The notes under the pieces: generated by a model
What the model was told of the DNA's origin: nothing
The model's input: only the letters and a program-made list of their open reading frames with translations
Databases searched by the model: none
Program-made: the position numbers and the translations under genes
Origin: an uncultured Acidobacteriota bacterium
GTDB taxonomy: Bacteria > Acidobacteriota > Vicinamibacteria > Vicinamibacterales > UBA2999
Direction: 5' to 3'
Length of the DNA: 64,000 bases
NCBI GenBank assembly: GCA_963724485.1
Contig: CAVRUW010000009.1
Coordinates: 198,999-262,998, forward strand
Part shown: positions 56,511 through 64,000 of the stretch, piece by piece
Position numbering within the stretch: position 1 is the stretch's first letter
Layout: every line of letters starts with the position of its first letter

Positions 56511-56981
56511 ATGGATCGGTTCGCGGCGTCGTCCCGTATGGTGTGCGCAGCAGTCTTGTGGCTGGGCGCGTTCACCGTGCAGACACAGGACGCCCATCCA
56601 CCCCGCCCGCACCGTCATCCGTCAGCACAGCAGCTCGTGAATCCGGTGCCGTCGACGCCGGTGTCGATCGCAGCCGGGCGGCGCACTTACGTCACGCTCT
56701 GCGTGCGCTGCCACGGCCCGAGCGGCAAGGGTGACGGTGGTGGCGCAGGAGGCGGCGGACAACCCGCCGATTTGACCGATGAAGTCTGGGACCACGGGTC
56801 GAGCGATGGCGAGATCTTCGTGGTGCTCAGGGATGGCACGTCAGTGGACATGGAGGGATACGGCGAACGCGTCAGTGAGACCGATTTGTGGCACTTGGTG
56901 AACTACTTGAAAAGCTTGGCGGCGGCGCCCGCGACGCCTGGGTCGCGCGCCCCATTTGGAGACCGATCGATTAACCAGTAG
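56511..56981 (+). CDS. exported mono-heme c-type cytochrome
   Basis: ATG at 56511 (MDRFAASSRMVCAAVLWLGAFTVQT). Heme motif CVRCHGPSGKGDG. Confidence 0.75.
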   Translation: MDRFAASSRMVCAAVLWLGAFTVQTQDAHPPRPHRHPSAQQLVNPVPSTPVSIAAGRRTYVTLCVRCHGPSGKGDGGGAGGGGQPADLTDEVWDHGSSDGEIFVVLRDGTSVDMEGYGERVSETDLWHLVNYLKSLAAAPATPGSRAPFGDRSINQ

Positions 56982-57036
56982 CAGGCAAGCCATCGTTTCG
57001 GGCCCGCCCGTCGATGGCTCAGAAAGGGGCTGGGTG

Positions 57037-60000
57037 ATGCGTAGGTTGTGGTTGCGTACTTTCCTCGCACTGTCGTGCGTGGTAGCGCCGGCGATAGCCG
57101 CGGCGCAGACGAGTAGCATCTCGGGTCAAGTCCGTGATGCCTCTGGTGCAGTCTTGCCGGGAGTTACGGTGGAGGTCGCCAGTCCGGCGCTCATCGAAAA
57201 GGTCCGCACGGCGGTGACCAACGATGAGGGTCGTTACTCCATCGTCAGCCTTCGACCAGGCACGTATACGGTGACCTTCACGCTTCCCGGGTTCGGTGTG
57301 GTGAAGCAGGAGGGGATCGAGCTCACGTCGGACTTCACCGCCAACGTGAATGCCGACATGAAGGTCGGCACGCTCGAAGAAACGATCACGGTGACTGGTG
57401 AATCACCCATCGTCGACACCCAGGCCATCACGCAGCGCCACGTGATGACCCGCGATGTGCTCGACGCCCTGCCCACGGGCCGCAACATTCAGGCAGTCGG
57501 CATCATGATCCCTGGCACGGCGCTCGCGCTTGGCGGCGGCGGCGCGCTGTCGCGCGACGTCGGCGGATCGGGCTCATTGCAGCAATCACCGTTGCAGTAC
57601 CGCGGCTCGGGCGACACGGTGCAGACCATCGAAGGACTGCGATTGAACAACTTGTGCGCGCAAGGTGCCTACAGCGGCGTCTACTGGAACGACGCCAGCT
57701 TCGAAGAGCTGAGTTACGTCACCGGCGCCGATTCGGCGGAAATGGGCCAGGGGGGCATGCGCGTCAACATGGTGCCGCGCGATGGCGCCAACCAGTTCCG
57801 CGGCCAGCTCATGGGCAACTTCGCCGGAGACTGGGGCTCTGACAACTGCGATTCGGGCGGAATCGGGCAGGCGTGCTCGCGATCGAACCTGAGCGGCAGC
57901 CGATCGTTCAATGCGAACAATTTCCTGACCAACGTCAGCGTGATCGAGAAGATCTGGGACTTCAACCCGTCGTTGGGCGGCCCGATCCTGCGCGACAAGC
58001 TGTGGTTCAACTACACGTTCCGCCACCAGGGCGTCGAGAAGACGGTCGCCAACAGCTACGCCGACTTGAATCCGTCACAGTTCATTTACGAGCCGGACTT
58101 CTCGAGCCCCGGTATCGACGACGGGCGAATCGTCAGCAATGCCGTTCGCGTGTCGTGGGCCGCTTCCGGCAAGGACAAGCTGTCCGTGTATCACGACAAC
58201 CAGCGTAAGTATCGCGACCACTGGGGCATCAACGCGACGCGCCCGCCGGACGCGACCGCCATTCAGGTCACACCGACCAGCTTCGTGAACGTCACGAAGT
58301 GGACCCGCACGCACACCAATCGCTTGCTGCTCGAAGCTGGCTTCGGCATCTACAACCAGGAATACACCGAGTTGTATCAGCCGATCGTCACTGGTCTCGA
58401 AGAAAAGGTGTGGGACCTCGAGGCGATTCGGAGATCGACCGTCTACAACGTGATCGACACGTCGAACAACCAGCAGACCAACGCGTTCTCCGCGCCTGCG
58501 GACCACTTCTCGGTGCTGCGGACGTTCATGGGCGCGGCATCCTACGTCACTGGTTCACACAACTTCCGGTTCGGCGCGACGCTGAGCAATGGCGACTGGC
58601 GCCTGATCGAAGCGTGGACCGGCGACGTGCAGCCGATCAACTTCAACGGTGGCGCGCCACAGTCGGCCACGCTGCGTCTGCCGAGGGATATGCGCAACGG
58701 CATCAAGCGCGATCTCGGCCTGTTCGTGCAGGATCGCTGGACCTTTAGTCGCATCACGCTGAACCTTGGGCTGCGGTACGACCAATTCATCGGCGAGACG
58801 CGCGAGAGTGAAGTCCTGCCGAATCGTTTCACCTTCACGGACCTGGCCAATGGCGTGAAGTACGGAGAATGCCCGGACGGCAAGGCGGGGCGCGGCTGCT
58901 ACGGCGAGGTGCAGAACTGGAAGGACATCTCTCCTCGCGTTGGCTTTGCGATGGACGTTTTCGGCGATGGCCGCACAGCTCTGAAAGCCAGCGTCGCTCG
59001 GTACGTCGCCGGCCAGAACGTCGCGGTGGCGCGAGAGATCAATCCTGTCGAAGGCCTCACTTCCACCGATACCCGCACGTGGACCGATCGGGACGGCAAC
59101 CGTCTGCCACTCGATGCCAGTGGTGCAATTCAGATCGACGAACTCGCACCCTCGACGTCAACGGCCACTTTCGGACGCAACGTGTCGACGACGTCCTACG
59201 ATCCTGGTGTGCTCAACGGCTGGCACAAGCGCGGCTACAACATGGAGTACACGATCGCGGCTCAGCATCAGCTCGCGGATCGAGTATCGGTGAACGGTGG
59301 CTATTACCGCCGCGAGTTCGGAAACCAGACGTTCACCGACGACCTGCGTTTCGATGCCAGCAGCTACAACTACTTCTGCCTCAACGCTCCGAGCGATGGC
59401 GATCTGCCCGGCGGCGGTGGCTATCAAGTGTGTGGACTCCCGGATTTGAAGCCGGAGATCTTTGCCCTGAACCTTCCGCAGAATAGCTTGATTCGCTTCT
59501 CCGATGACGTTGGCGGCGAAACCAACATCTATCAGGGATTCGACATCAACCTCGAGGGTCGATTCCGCAACGGCGCCTTCCTGAAAGGCGGCATCGGGGC
59601 AACCACGCGCACCTTCGACCAGTGCAATCTGCTCGCGGCTGGTCCGGAAGCCACAACGGTGGCGTTGACATCTCTTGGGACCGAGACGTACAGCGACGGC
59701 ACCAACTATTGTCACCGCGAGTACCCCTATCGGCCCGATGTGAAGCTCTCAGGCAACTATCCGTTGCCGTGGGGTATCCAGCTGGCCGGCACGTACCAGT
59801 TCAGCCGCGGTGTTCAGACTGGTGGCGCTGGACCTGCCATTCTTGCCAGCTACACGCTGAGCAACGCGCTGGTCACTCCGATCAAGGGGAGTGCGTGGAC
59901 CGGCGTGGCATCACGAACCGTCGCGTTGATTCGTGAAGGCCTCGAGTACGGCGAGCACAATTTGAGCCAGCTCGATATTCGACTCGGCAAGCGTTTCGAA

Positions 60001-60171
60001 GTTGGTCGCGCCCGTCTGCGCGTGGACTTCGATCTCTACAACGTCTTCAACAGCAGCTGGCCCTACACCGTGACGAACACCTACTCGGCGACGGCAACCA
60101 GCCAGTGGCTGCGTCCGACCAACGTGCTGCAGCACCGCTTCTTCAAGTTTGGAGGGCAGTTGTCATTCTGA
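57037..60171 (+). CDS. TonB-dependent receptor with an N-terminal carboxypeptidase-regulatory-like domain
   Basis: ATG at 57037 (MRRLWLRTFLALSCVVAPAIAAAQT). ISGQVRDASGAVLPGVTVEVASPALIEKVRTAVTNDEGRYSI is the CarboxypepD_reg-like domain. The protein ends in a terminal Phe (GGQLSF). Confidence 0.85.
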   Translation: MRRLWLRTFLALSCVVAPAIAAAQTSSISGQVRDASGAVLPGVTVEVASPALIEKVRTAVTNDEGRYSIVSLRPGTYTVTFTLPGFGVVKQEGIELTSDFTANVNADMKVGTLEETITVTGESPIVDTQAITQRHVMTRDVLDALPTGRNIQAVGIMIPGTALALGGGGALSRDVGGSGSLQQSPLQYRGSGDTVQTIEGLRLNNLCAQGAYSGVYWNDASFEELSYVTGADSAEMGQGGMRVNMVPRDGANQFRGQLMGNFAGDWGSDNCDSGGIGQACSRSNLSGSRSFNANNFLTNVSVIEKIWDFNPSLGGPILRDKLWFNYTFRHQGVEKTVANSYADLNPSQFIYEPDFSSPGIDDGRIVSNAVRVSWAASGKDKLSVYHDNQRKYRDHWGINATRPPDATAIQVTPTSFVNVTKWTRTHTNRLLLEAGFGIYNQEYTELYQPIVTGLEEKVWDLEAIRRSTVYNVIDTSNNQQTNAFSAPADHFSVLRTFMGAASYVTGSHNFRFGATLSNGDWRLIEAWTGDVQPINFNGGAPQSATLRLPRDMRNGIKRDLGLFVQDRWTFSRITLNLGLRYDQFIGETRESEVLPNRFTFTDLANGVKYGECPDGKAGRGCYGEVQNWKDISPRVGFAMDVFGDGRTALKASVARYVAGQNVAVAREINPVEGLTSTDTRTWTDRDGNRLPLDASGAIQIDELAPSTSTATFGRNVSTTSYDPGVLNGWHKRGYNMEYTIAAQHQLADRVSVNGGYYRREFGNQTFTDDLRFDASSYNYFCLNAPSDGDLPGGGGYQVCGLPDLKPEIFALNLPQNSLIRFSDDVGGETNIYQGFDINLEGRFRNGAFLKGGIGATTRTFDQCNLLAAGPEATTVALTSLGTETYSDGTNYCHREYPYRPDVKLSGNYPLPWGIQLAGTYQFSRGVQTGGAGPAILASYTLSNALVTPIKGSAWTGVASRTVALIREGLEYGEHNLSQLDIRLGKRFEVGRARLRVDFDLYNVFNSSWPYTVTNTYSATATSQWLRPTNVLQHRFFKFGGQLSF

Positions 60172-60181
60172 GGGCCGAGAA

Positions 60182-60241
60182 CAGGGAGATCGGGGAGATC
60201 AGGGAGTTGGAATTTTCTCCCTGAACTCCCTGAACTCCCAG
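60182..60241. repeat. GGGAGAT/CAGGGAGTT word-repeat hairpin
   Basis: The left arm cagggagatcggggagatcagggagttgg pairs with the right arm ttctccctgaactccctgaactcccag. Confidence 0.85.
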
Positions 60242-60307
60242 TCCTCGTCCCGCGTTAGGCTGGTAGGGCGGGTGGGCCAGTTCGGTCCACTCGCCCTTTC
60301 TCTTCGT

Positions 60308-61921
60308 ATGAAACGTCCCGGGCTACTACGGCCTTCCTGCCTCGTCCTCGTTGTCCTCGCTCTCGCACCTTCGGCTGTTGCGCAGCACGCGGCGCATCGC
60401 CTCGCGCCGATTGCGTTGGAGATTCTCGAACGGCCGCTCTCCATTCGAACCGCGATCGGGCGCGCGCCCGACGCTGTGTCGACGACGTCGAAGGACGCAC
60501 AGGCGTTTTACGATCAAGGGCTCGCTTTCCTTCATTCGTTTACGTGGATTGAAGCCGCCAGGTCATTCCACACAGCACTCCGGCACGACCCGAAACTGGC
60601 ATTGGCGCACGTCGGGTTGAGTGTTGCCTACGTCGAGCTCAATCGACCGGCCGAGGCGCGCAAGGCAATCGACACCGCGCGTGCAATGGCGGGAACACTC
60701 CCCGATCACGATCGTCGTCACGTGGACGCGCGCGAACTGCAAATGCGCGCGGAGGATGCGCCCGGTGACGCTTCGCGGCTCGCCGCGTATCGCAAGTCGC
60801 TCGACGACGCGATCGCGGCGTTGCCGAAAGACGTCGAGTTTCTCTTGCTGCGCGGCATCGCGGAGTCGCCTGATCCAGCGGACCGCGGTCAAGGCAGCGT
60901 CGCGACGGCCATGCCGTATTACGAGAAAGCCCTCGCGATTGCGCCGGGCTCGTTCGCCGCGCATCACTACATGGCGCACGCCTACGAGAACACCAACCGT
61001 GCGGCCCAGGCCTTGCCTCACGCGAGCGCCTTTGCCAAAGAAGCATCGACGATTCCGCACGCCCGGCATATGCACGGACACAGCTTGTGGCGGCTTGGTC
61101 GTGTGTTCGAAGCCATCGCGGAGTTCGAAGCCGCAGACCGGATTCATCGCGAATACGCGAAGACCGAGAAAATTCCTCTCGAAGCGGATTGGCACGTCGA
61201 GCACAATCTCGGTCTGTTGGGAACCTCGCTTTCCTACACCGGCCAAGTGAAGCGCGCCGAGACACTCCTGAAATTCTCGTTCGCTTTGCCGACCAACCTG
61301 CTGGTGCAGGCGTACAACAAACGGGAGTGGCCGATGTTCCTGCGCGCGCGTGGGCGTTACGCCGAAGCAGAAGCCGCAGCCAAAGCGCTTCTGGCGGATC
61401 CCAACCCCGTCGTGCAGGCGACCGGTCACATCGAAGTCGGACACGTGCTGCTGGCGCAGAATCGTTGGGGCGATGCGGCCACTGCCTCGAACGCTGCACT
61501 ACGCCTCTTGCGGAACGCGCCAGGTGGCGGGATCGCCGCCGCCGCATTGCTCGCCCTTCAAGGCGAGTTCAACCTCCGCACCGCCGAACGTACGAAAGGC
61601 CGTGCGACGCTCGAGGAGGCCGTTCGTCGAATGCGTGCGGCAGCCGGGCCCGATGCTTGGGTGCAGGCGACTTTTCAGATCGAGGCCATCGCACGCGCCG
61701 CACGAGCCGTGGGCGACTGGGAACTGGCCGGAGGAATGGCCAAACAGCTGATCGATCATGATCCGTCGTACGCCGGATCGCATTACGCCATGGCTCTCGT
61801 GGCCGAGCACGATGGCGACGCCGCGGCCGCGAAGACGGAGTTTGCGTTGGCGACCAAACACTGGGCGAAGGCGGATCCGGATCTTGCGGAATTGGTGGAG
61901 TCGAGGAGGAAGGCGAAATGA
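60308..61921 (+). CDS. exported TPR repeat protein
   Basis: ATG at 60308 (MKRPGLLRPSCLVLVVLALAPSAVA). It has TPR-like repeats (AQAFYDQGLAFLHSFTWIEAARSFHTALRHDPKLALA...). Confidence 0.7.
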   Translation: MKRPGLLRPSCLVLVVLALAPSAVAQHAAHRLAPIALEILERPLSIRTAIGRAPDAVSTTSKDAQAFYDQGLAFLHSFTWIEAARSFHTALRHDPKLALAHVGLSVAYVELNRPAEARKAIDTARAMAGTLPDHDRRHVDARELQMRAEDAPGDASRLAAYRKSLDDAIAALPKDVEFLLLRGIAESPDPADRGQGSVATAMPYYEKALAIAPGSFAAHHYMAHAYENTNRAAQALPHASAFAKEASTIPHARHMHGHSLWRLGRVFEAIAEFEAADRIHREYAKTEKIPLEADWHVEHNLGLLGTSLSYTGQVKRAETLLKFSFALPTNLLVQAYNKREWPMFLRARGRYAEAEAAAKALLADPNPVVQATGHIEVGHVLLAQNRWGDAATASNAALRLLRNAPGGGIAAAALLALQGEFNLRTAERTKGRATLEEAVRRMRAAAGPDAWVQATFQIEAIARAARAVGDWELAGGMAKQLIDHDPSYAGSHYAMALVAEHDGDAAAAKTEFALATKHWAKADPDLAELVESRRKAK

Positions 61922-62842
61922 GAAAGTTGTCAGTTACCAGTAACTGGAAACTGATTCTGCCGGCGGCACTAGTTCTTTCGGGGACGCTGGCCGGAGCGCA
62001 AACCTCGCCGCCAGCGCAGCCGACCGGCTTCCACCATCTCCACCTGAACTCCACAGACCCCCCGGCTGCCATCGCCTGGTACACCAAGACCTTCGCCGTG
62101 ACCTCTCGCGCGACGGTGGCGGGATTCGAGGGCATCGCGACCGAGAAGATTCATTTGCTGTTCACGCGAACTGACAAAGCGCCTAGCAGCGCACTGGACT
62201 CGCCAATCTGGCATTTCGGTTGGGGCAGCCCGGACATGCCGGGCGACTTTGCGATGCATCAAACCAACGGCGTGAAGTTCGCGACCCCCCTCAGCAAGCT
62301 CGCGCAGGGGACGGTGTTTGCCTACATGAACGCGCCCGATGGCGCGCTCGTCGAAATCAATTCGGCTCAGAGCCGCGCCTTTGTACACGTCCACCTGTAC
62401 AGCGAGCATCCGGTGTGTGCGGCTGACTGGTATGTGACGCACCTCGGGGCGGCACGACGCGGCGCTGCACGGGAGGTGCCCCTCGACTTCGCTCGGGACA
62501 AGCCCCTCGACTCCGCTAGGGGCAAGCCCCTGCGAGGCGCCTTATGCCGCGCCGAGCGAACCGCTGGCCGTCATCCGCTCGCCTGCCGCGACCGTGCGTT
62601 TTGACGACATCAGCCTCATAATCTACCCACGCCAGCGGCCCGGGGCGCTGGTTTCCTCAGCCGGACACGTTGTCGACCATCTCGCTCTTTCGGTGGCGGA
62701 TCTTGCCGCGACCGTCAAGCGTCTGGAAGCCACAGGCGTGAAGGTGCTGCGCGGCGTGCATCCGTTTGGCAGTGGACAGGGCAAGGCAGCGTTGATAGAA
62801 GGTCCAGACTCGATCGTCATTGAACTTGTGGAGCAGCCATGA
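61918..62842 (+). pseudogene. exported four-module VOC (glyoxalase/dioxygenase-fold) protein split by a +1 frameshift
   Basis: Modules 1-3 are in frame 61918 (GFHHLHLNS..., IWHFGWGS..., FVHVHLYSEHPVCAADWYVTHLGA). The rest of module 3 plus module 4 is in frame 62594 (TVRFDDISLIIYP..., HVVDHLALSVADLAATVKRLE...). A 24-nt tandem repeat lies at the junction. Confidence 0.6.
62478..62531. repeat. 24-nt tandem repeat (2.25 copies) gcccctcgacttcgctcgggacaa / gcccctcgactccgctaggggcaa / gcccct
   Basis: Read directly from the sequence. Copies start at 62478, 62502 and 62526. Confidence 0.85.
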
Positions 62843-63225
62843 CCAGACGTTTTCTCTTCGTCGTTGTAGTAGGACTCTTGACAGCAATACCGATGGCGAT
62901 GGGCACCTCAGCCCAGGCCAAGATTGACGTGAGCGGAGAATGGGCCTTCGAGGTCCAAACCGACGGCGGCGCCGGCAGCCCGACCTTTGTGTTCAATCAG
63001 GCTGGCGACAAGCTGACCGGAAAGTACAAAGGCACGTTTGGTGAGGCCGATCTCGCTGGCACGGTCACCGGTAAGACCATCAAGTTTTCGATCAAAGTCG
63101 ACGCGCAGGGTACGCCGTTGACGATCGTTTACGACGGTGAGGTCGAGAGCAACACCGCCATGAAAGGCAAGGTCGATCTCGGCGGGATGGGCGCCGGGAC
63201 CTTTACGGGAAAGCGAACCAAGTGA
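62839..63225 (+). CDS. small exported hypothetical protein (128 aa, beta-rich)
   Basis: The ATG overlaps the upstream stop (ATGA). Signal peptide MTRRFLFVVVVGLLTAIPMAMGTSAQA. Non-repetitive composition. Confidence 0.6.
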   Translation: MTRRFLFVVVVGLLTAIPMAMGTSAQAKIDVSGEWAFEVQTDGGAGSPTFVFNQAGDKLTGKYKGTFGEADLAGTVTGKTIKFSIKVDAQGTPLTIVYDGEVESNTAMKGKVDLGGMGAGTFTGKRTK

Positions 63226-64000
63226 TGTCGCGCCGCGCCGTTTCGCTCGGGCTGCTCGGCGCAGTCGTGACGCTCTCGGCGGTGGTGCTGAGCGCCACAA
63301 TCGGGTCGCCTGAACGAACAGCCTCACTGGAGGGACGGGGCTTTAGCCCCGTCGATTCCGTCCAGGCCGCCGACGGCGCTCGCGTCTACAACGAACGGTG
63401 CGCGACCTGCCACGATGCGCCCGACAGTACACGCTCGCCCGGGCGAGAGCAGTTACGCACGCGAACGGTCGCGCAAATCGTCGCAGCGCTCGATTCGGGT
63501 GGCGTGATGGCCGCACAGGGTCAACCGCTCTCGCCGGCTGAGAGACAATCCGTCGCTGCGTTCCTGGCGACGATGACCGACGCGGCCGCGGCGACAACAG
63601 CCAAACCAACGCCACCGGCGACACCACCAGCCGCACCCGCGGCTGCTGCGGTTGATCCCGCAGTCGGCGCTTGCGCGCCCTCCATGATGAACTCATCGTT
63701 GCCAAATCTCTCCGCTCACCCGATGTGGAACGGTTGGGGCAACGATCTGGCGAACACGCGATTCCAACCCGCCAAGGCTGCCGGGTTGACCGCCACCGAT
63801 GTCCCCAAGCTCACGTTGAAATGGGCATTCGGTTTTGCCGGCACGGCCGCTTCGTCAGGACAACCAACCGTCGCGGGCGGGCGAGTGTTCGTGGGAAATC
63901 CCAACGGGTTCGTGTACTCGCTCGACGCGACTACGGGATGCACCTATTGGTCGTTCAAGGCGGATGGCGGCGTTCGTACCGCGGTCAGCATCGCGCCCAT
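63225..64000 (+). CDS. exported cytochrome c domain fused to a PQQ-type beta-propeller (5' part; open to the window end)
   Basis: The ATG at 63225 shares one base with the upstream TGA. Heme motif CATCH, then a Pro/Ala linker. The propeller start is LKWAFGFAGTAASSGQPTVAGGRVFVGNPNGFVYSLDATTGCTYWSF. It is not in the ORF track because no stop is reached. Confidence 0.75.
   Translation, partial: MSRRAVSLGLLGAVVTLSAVVLSATIGSPERTASLEGRGFSPVDSVQAADGARVYNERCATCHDAPDSTRSPGREQLRTRTVAQIVAALDSGGVMAAQGQPLSPAERQSVAAFLATMTDAAAATTAKPTPPATPPAAPAAAAVDPAVGACAPSMMNSSLPNLSAHPMWNGWGNDLANTRFQPAKAAGLTATDVPKLTLKWAFGFAGTAASSGQPTVAGGRVFVGNPNGFVYSLDATTGCTYWSFKADGGVRTAVSIAP

Noticed and set aside
1-64000. Search for rRNA, tRNA, transposase/integrase, phage, toxin-antitoxin or known defence-system genes.
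   Set aside because: None could be recognised from the translations or from cloverleaf-like sequence features. The accessory-looking content consists of repeats and exported enzymes rather than mobile-element genes.

Overview
GC-rich bacterial chromosomal segment. The gene content (CarboxypepD_reg-type TonB-dependent receptors, an acidobacterial-style VWFA protein, many FG-GAP/TPR/Hanks-kinase genes) suggests Acidobacteriota, but this is inference only and no search was run. I call about 50 protein genes, packed tightly in alternating strand blocks. They include a GAF-PAS hybrid histidine kinase with a coupled response regulator. A complete his operon (hisI-G-D-C-B-H-F-A) lies on the minus strand. 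There are many exported hydrolases (M28, S9, M64, amidase, amidohydrolase, arginase-like, DUF3089 pair), two PQQ propeller dehydrogenases, two TonB-dependent receptors, modA with decayed modBC, and two Ser/Thr kinases, one fused to a BRCT-like domain. I saw no rRNA, tRNA, CRISPR array, transposase, integrase or phage genes. Three signals stand out beyond ordinary genes. (1) At least 13 intergenic hairpin elements have arms built from tandem 7-8-nt words (CACGAAG, CACAGAG, CAGTTAC/CAAGTTAC, GGTGATTG, GGGAGAT, CACGGTC). They fall into sequence families, sit between, inside and at the 5' ends of genes, and in places are read as coding sequence. (2) A 23-codon His-rich leader ORF with mutually exclusive antiterminator and terminator helices lies directly upstream of hisI, which looks like a classical ribosome-mediated his attenuator. 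(3) Three normally cytoplasmic cofactor enzymes (two PLP, one ThDP) carry twin-arginine export signals, and the ThDP enzyme sits next to a c-type cytochrome. Also present are a 29-31-nt perfect palindrome in three copies, a 187-nt rod-like inverted repeat, and two genes (M28 peptidase, VOC) broken by +1 frameshifts. Start codons were chosen by eye from signal peptides, SD-like motifs and gene overlaps, so they are judgement calls.
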